From: an uncultured Acetobacteraceae bacterium
Lineage (GTDB): Bacteria > Pseudomonadota > Alphaproteobacteria > Acetobacterales > Acetobacteraceae
NCBI GenBank assembly: GCA_964242425.1
Contig: CAXTCK010000002.1
Location: 1 to 54,503, forward strand
Direction: 5' to 3'
Length of the DNA: 54,503 nucleotides
The notes below the pieces were generated by a model. It searched no databases, had not been told where the DNA came from, and saw only the letters and a list, made by a program, of their open reading frames with translations. The first letter of the stretch is position 1. Every line of letters begins with the position of its first letter. Below are positions 48,088-54,503 of this stretch, piece after piece. A program made the position numbers and the translations under genes.

Positions 48088-48895
48088 CGCCAAGCCATCC
48101 AGCCACGCATCAACCGTTGTCGCGCAGCGGCGGCGCCAGCGGCTGCAGGTCCTGCTTTGCCAGCTTCTCTGCTTCGCCCTGATCCTGTCGATCTGGCAGT
48201 GGCAAAGTGCCACCGGCGCGATCAGCGCGTTCCTCTACGGATCCCCCTCGGGGATCGCGTCGGCCCTGGCGGCGGCGGTGCGGGACGGCTCGCTGTGGAC
48301 CGACCTCGCCACCACCGCGCTGGAAACGCTGGCCGGCTTCGCGCTCGGCAACGTCATCGGCACGACCCTCGGCCTGCTGCTGTGGTACTCGAAGTTCATC
48401 TCCCGCGTGCTGCAGCCCTTCATCCTGGCGCTGGGCTCGATCCCCATCATCGCGCTGGCGCCGATCACCATCATCTGGTTCGGCACCGGCTTCACCTCCA
48501 AGGTCGCGATGTCGACGCTGTCGGTCGTCGTGGTCTCGATCATCATCGCCTACAAGGGCGCGCTCGGCGTCGATCCCGACCAGATCAACCTCATGCTTTC
48601 GCTGCGCGCGCGGCGGTCGCAGGTGTTCCGGCTTCTGGTGGTGCCGGCCTCCATGACAGACATCTTCGCCGGGCTGAAGCTCACGGTGGGTTTCGCGTTG
48701 GTCGGCGCCATCGTCGGCGAATTCATGTCCTCGACGCAGGGACTGGGCCACGAGATCTTCAAGTCCGGCAGCCTCTACGCGATCTCGGCGGTGTTCGCCG
48801 AGCTGGTCGTGACCGTGATCCTCGCGCTTGTCCTGTCCGGCATCGTGACGCATGTCGAGCGGCTCCTGCTGCCGTGGCGCCACGACCTTTCCTGA
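48050..48895 (+). CDS. ABC permease (NitT/TauT)
   Basis: IPIIALAP, IWFG, GAIVGEF. Start is ATG 48050 or TTG 48074. Confidence 0.93.
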   Translation: MSARSGPNLTSADAKPSSHASTVVAQRRRQRLQVLLCQLLCFALILSIWQWQSATGAISAFLYGSPSGIASALAAAVRDGSLWTDLATTALETLAGFALGNVIGTTLGLLLWYSKFISRVLQPFILALGSIPIIALAPITIIWFGTGFTSKVAMSTLSVVVVSIIIAYKGALGVDPDQINLMLSLRARRSQVFRLLVVPASMTDIFAGLKLTVGFALVGAIVGEFMSSTQGLGHEIFKSGSLYAISAVFAELVVTVILALVLSGIVTHVERLLLPWRHDLS

Positions 48896-48920
48896 ACGCA
48901 ACGACGAAAGGCTCGATCCG

Positions 48921-49844
48921 ATGACACGCACCATCTCCAAGGACGGCAACCTGAAATATGCACTCGCCAGCGGCGAGCCCTGCATCGGAACGATACGGCC
49001 CGGCGAAACCGTACGCATCGAGTGCGAGATCAACTGCAACGCGGGCGTCATCACCTCGACGAAGTCGACGATTGAGGCCGGCTCCGTACGCTTTCCGTTC
49101 GTCAACCCGGCGACTGGCCCGATCTTCGTCGAAGGCGCGACACCCGGGCAGGCTCTCGCCGTCACCATCCACGAAATGGAACTCGACGAGATCGCCTACA
49201 CCGCCCTGTATCCCGGATCAGGCATGTTTCCCGATGGGGTAAGGCACAAGGAGTTCGGCCACCACACGCGCGCGATGCGCGTGTCGGACGGCGTCGTGCA
49301 CTGGAGCGACACCAGGAAGCTGCCGATCAAGCCGATGGTCGGCGTGCTCGGCGTCGCCCCCGTGCACGGCGCCGTGCTGACCGTGGACAACGGGGTGCAC
49401 GGCGGCAATCTCGACGTCCAGGAAATCGGGCCCGGCAGCACGATCACCTTTGACGTGCACCAGGACGGCGCCGGGCTCTACGTGGGCGACTGCCACGCGT
49501 TGCAGGGAGACGGCGAATGCGCAGGCATGGGGGCGACCGAGATCGGCGCCCGCGTCACCTTCAGCGTGGCTCTGGTCGACAAGCCCCGGCGCCTCACCTG
49601 GCCCAGGATCGAGACGGCCACGCACATCGCCACGCTTGGATGCGCACGGCCGCTGGAGGACGCGATGCGCACCGCGTTCGAGGAGATGGTGTACTGGCTC
49701 GCCGACGAGCACGGCTTCACCGAGGTGGACGCCTTCCTGTTCCTCGGCCAGATCGCGGAAGCGCGGTGCACGCAGATGGTCAATCCGAAGTACACCTACA
49801 TCTGCAAGGTCGCCAAGGACCTGCTGCTAGATCGGGCGGCGTGA
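48921..49844 (+). CDS. Acetamidase/formamidase family protein
   Basis: NPATGPIFVEGA, HGGNLD, GDCHALQGDGE. Confidence 0.92.
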   Translation: MTRTISKDGNLKYALASGEPCIGTIRPGETVRIECEINCNAGVITSTKSTIEAGSVRFPFVNPATGPIFVEGATPGQALAVTIHEMELDEIAYTALYPGSGMFPDGVRHKEFGHHTRAMRVSDGVVHWSDTRKLPIKPMVGVLGVAPVHGAVLTVDNGVHGGNLDVQEIGPGSTITFDVHQDGAGLYVGDCHALQGDGECAGMGATEIGARVTFSVALVDKPRRLTWPRIETATHIATLGCARPLEDAMRTAFEEMVYWLADEHGFTEVDAFLFLGQIAEARCTQMVNPKYTYICKVAKDLLLDRAA

Positions 49845-51091
49845 CCCTGCCGCTGCGGGTGGGCCGCGCCCTGACGCGTATCGCCGAACGCGACGGGGCG
49901 CTCGGCGCGTGGGCACATGTCGACCGGGCCGGTGCATCGCGGCAAGCGGAACAGGCCGGTCCGGAGGGGCCCCTTCGGGGGCTTCTGCTGGGCGTCAAGG
50001 ACATCATCGACGTCGATGGCCTGCCTTGTTGCCTCGGAACACCGATCTTCCGCGAACGGCGCGCTTCTTCCGACGCCGCGATCGTGGCGCGGCTGAAGGC
50101 GCTCGGCGCCATCGTGCTCGGCAAGACCGTGACCACGGCGTTCGCGTTCCTGGATCCGGCGGCGACGCGCAACCCGCACGACCTGTCGCGCTCCCCCGGA
50201 GGATCCTCGAGCGGCTCGGCTGCCGCGGTCGCGGACGGGCATGTCGATGCGGCACTCGCCACGCAGACCGCCGGCTCCATCGCGCGCCCCGCCGCCTATT
50301 GCGGCGTCGTCGGCTACAAGCCGACGCACGGGTTGTTCGGGCTCGCCGGCGTCACCGGCTCGGCGCCGACGCTCGACACCGTCGGCTGGATGGCGCGCGA
50401 CGTCGCGACGGCGTGCCGGCTCCACGCAGCGCTGACGGACGCGGCGCCGGCCCGACCCGCCCGGAGCCTCGGCTTCTGCCGCACGGTATATTGGGAGCAG
50501 GCCGAGGAGGCGATGCGGTCGGCCTTCCTGCATCGTGCAGCCTCGCTCGGGGCGGTCGAGATGCCTTCCCCGCCGGCATCGCTGGACCAGGTCCATGCGA
50601 CCATCATGCGCTACGAGATGATCCGCGACCTTGCGGCCGAGTGGCTTCAGCACCGCGCGTCGCTGCCGAATGCCTTGCGGCAGCTCCTTTCCGAACAGCC
50701 TCCCTCCGCCGAGGCCTACCGTGCCGCCAGGTCTGCCCGGCGGCGGTTCGACCTCGACGCGCTGTTCGGCGTCAACCAGGTCCTTGTCACCCCGTCGGCC
50801 GCCGGGGAAGCCGTGGGCTTCGGATCCACCGGCGATCCAGCATTCAGCCGGTTCGTGACGCTGCTCGGCTGCCCGAGCGTCACGCTGCCATTCGCCCGCG
50901 GCGCGAACGGGCTTCCGCTCGGCCTGCAGCTGATCGCCCGGCCGCACCAGGACGCGATGTTGCTGGCGACGGCCGACGCGATCGAGCAGGCGGTCGGCGA
51001 GGACGAGACCGGGGGGTGGCCAGCTCCGGCGATGCCGCGGCCCCACCGGGCCGGCGGGGACCCGGATACCCCGCCCGGGGCGGACGCCTAG
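49841..51091 (+). CDS. Amidase-signature family amidase
   Basis: GTGA overlap; GVKDII, PGGSSSGSA, TQTAGSI (Ser-cisSer-Lys triad), GLPLGLQL. Confidence 0.92.
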   Translation: MTLPLRVGRALTRIAERDGALGAWAHVDRAGASRQAEQAGPEGPLRGLLLGVKDIIDVDGLPCCLGTPIFRERRASSDAAIVARLKALGAIVLGKTVTTAFAFLDPAATRNPHDLSRSPGGSSSGSAAAVADGHVDAALATQTAGSIARPAAYCGVVGYKPTHGLFGLAGVTGSAPTLDTVGWMARDVATACRLHAALTDAAPARPARSLGFCRTVYWEQAEEAMRSAFLHRAASLGAVEMPSPPASLDQVHATIMRYEMIRDLAAEWLQHRASLPNALRQLLSEQPPSAEAYRAARSARRRFDLDALFGVNQVLVTPSAAGEAVGFGSTGDPAFSRFVTLLGCPSVTLPFARGANGLPLGLQLIARPHQDAMLLATADAIEQAVGEDETGGWPAPAMPRPHRAGGDPDTPPGADA

Positions 51092-54000
51092 CCGACCAGC
51101 CTCGGCTGCGCCGCCTTGTCCTCCGACACCAGGTACTTCGCGTACTCCTTCGGCACCACGTGCCAGAACCGCGGCAGCGCCTTGTTCCACTCGTGCAGCA
51201 GCAGGGCGGCGAAGCGGCTGCTGGTCTCGCGGGCGTGGGTTTCCACCAGGCGCAGCAGCTCGTCGTGCCAACGCGGCTCGAGCACGCGGCTCCAGGTCAG
51301 GGTGTCCGGGTTGGCACGGACCTCGAAATCGTCGGCACTGTCGTAGACGAAGGCCATGCCGCCGGTGAAGCCGGCACCAAAATTGTCGCCCACCGGGCCC
51401 AGCACCACCACGGTGCCGCCGGTCATGTATTCGCAGCCGTTGGAGCCGCATCCCTCCACCACGGCCGTGGCGCCCGAGTTGCGCACCGCGAACCGCTCGC
51501 CCGCCTGCCCCGCCGCATACAGCGCGCCGGAGGTCGCGCCATAAAGCACGGTGTTGCCGACGATCGCGTTGTGGTTGCTGGCCAGCTGCGACGAGGGCGG
51601 CTGCCGCACCACGATCGTGGCGCCGGACAACCCCTTGCCAACGTAGTCGTTGGCGTCGCCGATCACCTCGAGCTTGAGCCCCTTGACCGCGAACGCGCCC
51701 AGGGACTGCCCGGCCGAGCCGCGCAGCCGCACGGTGAGGTGGCCGTGCGCCAGGGTGTCCTGGCCGAAGCGGCGCACGATGCGCGACGAGATCCTGGTGC
51801 CGATCGCGCGGTGGGTGTTCTGCACGTTGTAGTGCAGCTGCATCTTCTCGCCGTGCTCGAACAGCGGCCTTGCGTCGGCGACCATCTGCGCGTCCAGCGT
51901 TTCCGGCACCTCGTTTCGGCCCTCGCGCGTGCAGTAGCGCGCATGCGGGCCGGGATCGGCCTGCGCCAGCAACGGGTTCAGGTCGAGGTCGTCGAGGTAA
52001 TCCGCCCCCCGGCTGACCTGGTGCAGCATGTCGGTGCGGCCGACGATCTCGTTCAGGGTGCGCACGCCGAGCGAAGCCAGGATGTTGCGCACATCCTCGG
52101 CGATGAACGAGAACAGGTTGATCACCTTCTCAGGCGACCCGTCGAACTTCTCCCTGAGCGTCTCGTCCTGGGTGCACACGCCGACCGGGCAGGTGTTGGA
52201 ATGGCACTGCCGCACCATGATGCAGCCCATCGCCACGAGCGAGGCCGTGCCGATGCCGAACTCCTCGGCACCCAGCATGGCGGCGATCACCACGTCGCGC
52301 CCGGTCTTGAGCCCGCCGTCGGTGCGCAGCTTCACCCGGTGGCGCAGCCGGTTGAGCATCAGCACCTGGTGCGCTTCCGCCAGCCCCATCTCCCAGGGCA
52401 GGCCCGCGTACTTCACCGAGCTCTGCGGGCTGGCGCCGGTGCCGCCGCTATGGCCCGAGATCAGGATGCAGTCCGCCTTGGCCTTGGCGACGCCGGCGGC
52501 GATGGTGCCGATGCCGGAGCGCGCCACCAGCTTCACCGTCACGGTGGCGTCGGGGTTGATCTGCTTGAGGTCGTAGATGAGCTGCGCCAGGTCCTCGATC
52601 GAGTAGATGTCGTGGTGCGGCGGCGGCGAGATCAGCGTGACACCCGGCGTCGAGTGGCGCAGCTTGGCGATCAGGCCGGTGACCTTGAAGCCCGGGAGCT
52701 GGCCGCCCTCGCCGGGCTTGGCGCCTTGCGCCATCTTGATCTCGATCTCGCGGCAATCGTTCAGGTACTGCGCGGTGACGCCGAACCGTCCCGAGCCCAC
52801 CTGCTTGATCGCCGACGACGCGTTGTCGCCGTTCGGGCGCGGGCGGGAGCGCGACGGGTCCTCGCCGCCTTCGCCTGAATCCGACTTGGCGCCGATCCGG
52901 TTCATCGCGATCGACAGCGTCTCGTGCGCTTCCGGGCTCAGTGCGCCCAGCGAGATGCCGGGCGCCAGCAGGCGCTTCCTGATCTCGGTGATGCTTTCCA
53001 CGTCCTCCACCGGGATCGCGCTGCGCCCTTCGCGGAAGTCCAGCAGGTCGCGCAGCGCCACCGGCGGCTGCCGGCGCACCGCGTCGGCATAGCGGCGATA
53101 GGTGGTGAAGCTGTCGCTGGCGACGGCGCTCTGCAGGGTGTGGATCAACCCGCCGTCGAAGGCGTGCACCTCGCCGCGACGACGAAGCTTGTAGAGCCCG
53201 CCCACGGGAAGCACCACCGCGTCCTCGTCCCAGGCACGGCGGTGGAAGCCCAGAACGTTGCGCGCCAGGCCCGACAGGCCGATGCCGGAGATGCGCGACG
53301 GCATGCCCGGGAAGAACTCCGCCACCAGGGCCCGCGACAAGCCGATCGCCTCGAAGTTGTAGCCGCCGCGATACGACGCGATCACCGAGATGCCCATCTT
53401 GGACATCACCTTGAGCAGGCCCTTGTTGATCGCCTTGCGGTAGCTTTCCACAGCTTGGTCCAGCGTCACGTCGCCGAACAGGCCGCGGCGATGGCGATCG
53501 GCGATGCTTTCCTGCGCCAGGTAGGCATTCACCGTGGTCGCACCCGAGCCGATCATGATGGCGATCGCGTGCACGTCCACGCATTCGGCGGTGCGAACGT
53601 TGAGGCTGGTGAAGGTGCGGAGCGAGTGGCGCACCAGGTGCGTGTGCACCGCGGCCGTGGCCAGGATCATCGGGATGTAGGCGCGCGCCGGCCCCTGGTG
53701 CTCGTCGGTCAGGAACACGTGGCCACAGCCTTCCCGCACCCGTTCCTCCGCCTCGCGGCGTATGCGGGCGAGCGCGTCGCGCAAGGCCGCCTCGCCCCCG
53801 TCCGCGGCAAAGGTGCAGTCGATCACGCAGGCGTTCGCGCCCAGGAACCCGAGCAGCGCGTGGCACTCGCCGCTGGTCAGCACCGGGCTGTCGAGCTGGA
53901 GCAGTTCGCACTGGATGCCGTTCTCGTCCAGCACGTTGCCCAGGTTGCCGAGCCGGGTGGTCAGGCTCATCACCCGCGTTTCGCGCAGGGAGTCGATCGG

Positions 54001-54503
54001 CGGGTTGGTGACCTGGCTGAACGCCTGGCGGAAATAATGCGACAAGCCGCGATAGTGTTCCGACAGCACCGCGAGCGGGGTGTCGTCGCCCATGGAGCCG
54101 ATCGCTTCCGCGCCGTCGGCCACCATGGGATGAAGGATGACCTCCAGCTCCTCCAGCGTGGTGCCCACCGCCGCCTGCCTGCGGCGCAGCTCCTCGGCCG
54201 GCCATCCGGCCGGCTCCACCGCGTCGCGCACGATGCGGTCGATGCGGTTGATGCGGCCGACCCAGCCTTCGAAGTCCTGGCGCTGCGACAGCATGTCGAG
54301 CAGGTCGTCGTCGCCGAAGAACCGCGACGCGTCGAGGTCCACCGCGATCGTCTGGCCCGGACCGAGCCGGCCGCGGCTGAGGATGTCGCCCTCGGGGATC
54401 TTGACCATGCCGGTTTCGGAGCCGACCACCAGCAGCCGGCTCGCGGTGACGGTGTAGCGCAGCGGGCGCAGGCCGTTGCGGTCGAGCCCCGCGATCACCC
54501 AGC
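51088..54503 (-). CDS. gltB: Glutamate synthase large subunit (5' end beyond the window)
   Basis: LDRNGLRP, QVTNPPID, QGAKPGEGGQLPG, CIMVRQCHSNTCPVG, GCEYMTGG. Confidence 0.99.
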   Translation of the reverse strand, partial: WVIAGLDRNGLRPLRYTVTASRLLVVGSETGMVKIPEGDILSRGRLGPGQTIAVDLDASRFFGDDDLLDMLSQRQDFEGWVGRINRIDRIVRDAVEPAGWPAEELRRRQAAVGTTLEELEVILHPMVADGAEAIGSMGDDTPLAVLSEHYRGLSHYFRQAFSQVTNPPIDSLRETRVMSLTTRLGNLGNVLDENGIQCELLQLDSPVLTSGECHALLGFLGANACVIDCTFAADGGEAALRDALARIRREAEERVREGCGHVFLTDEHQGPARAYIPMILATAAVHTHLVRHSLRTFTSLNVRTAECVDVHAIAIMIGSGATTVNAYLAQESIADRHRRGLFGDVTLDQAVESYRKAINKGLLKVMSKMGISVIASYRGGYNFEAIGLSRALVAEFFPGMPSRISGIGLSGLARNVLGFHRRAWDEDAVVLPVGGLYKLRRRGEVHAFDGGLIHTLQSAVASDSFTTYRRYADAVRRQPPVALRDLLDFREGRSAIPVEDVESITEIRKRLLAPGISLGALSPEAHETLSIAMNRIGAKSDSGEGGEDPSRSRPRPNGDNASSAIKQVGSGRFGVTAQYLNDCREIEIKMAQGAKPGEGGQLPGFKVTGLIAKLRHSTPGVTLISPPPHHDIYSIEDLAQLIYDLKQINPDATVTVKLVARSGIGTIAAGVAKAKADCILISGHSGGTGASPQSSVKYAGLPWEMGLAEAHQVLMLNRLRHRVKLRTDGGLKTGRDVVIAAMLGAEEFGIGTASLVAMGCIMVRQCHSNTCPVGVCTQDETLREKFDGSPEKVINLFSFIAEDVRNILASLGVRTLNEIVGRTDMLHQVSRGADYLDDLDLNPLLAQADPGPHARYCTREGRNEVPETLDAQMVADARPLFEHGEKMQLHYNVQNTHRAIGTRISSRIVRRFGQDTLAHGHLTVRLRGSAGQSLGAFAVKGLKLEVIGDANDYVGKGLSGATIVVRQPPSSQLASNHNAIVGNTVLYGATSGALYAAGQAGERFAVRNSGATAVVEGCGSNGCEYMTGGTVVVLGPVGDNFGAGFTGGMAFVYDSADDFEVRANPDTLTWSRVLEPRWHDELLRLVETHARETSSRFAALLLHEWNKALPRFWHVVPKEYAKYLVSEDKAAQPRLVG

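Noticed and set aside
1-54503. tRNA, rRNA, IS, integrase or prophage
   Set aside because: No recognisable cloverleaf, rRNA, transposase or phage motifs found by eye.

Overview
A very GC-rich alphaproteobacterial chromosome segment. Gene content and order (thrS-infC, fzlA, minCDE, ubiM, gltB) suggest Acetobacteraceae; this is inferred, not searched. It holds about 50 CDS: translation and cell-division genes, LPS glycosyltransferases, transporters, regulators, a LOV hybrid kinase, an amide uptake/catabolism cluster and the 3' part of gltB. I saw no rRNA, tRNA, CRISPR array, transposase or integrase. Two accessory loci stand out. (1) 101..2795: a leader-plus-multi-repeat Thr/Asp/Glu peptide gene (about 10 copies of I-T-x-x-x-G-(G)-[DE]) directly upstream of a TPR-fused ATP-grasp ligase. 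This is a candidate new graspetide-like (omega-ester RiPP) system. (2) 5920..6495: a compact orphan protein with the ordered motifs of a ribosome-inactivating N-glycosidase (RIP), lying between thrS and a GT9 gene. Other points of note are a LOV domain with a natural Gln-to-His change, fzlA head-to-head with minCDE, three apparent non-canonical start codons, a degenerate DUF892 protein and a CIR/RIME-like palindromic element. All family calls are by-eye motif recognition, not database searches.
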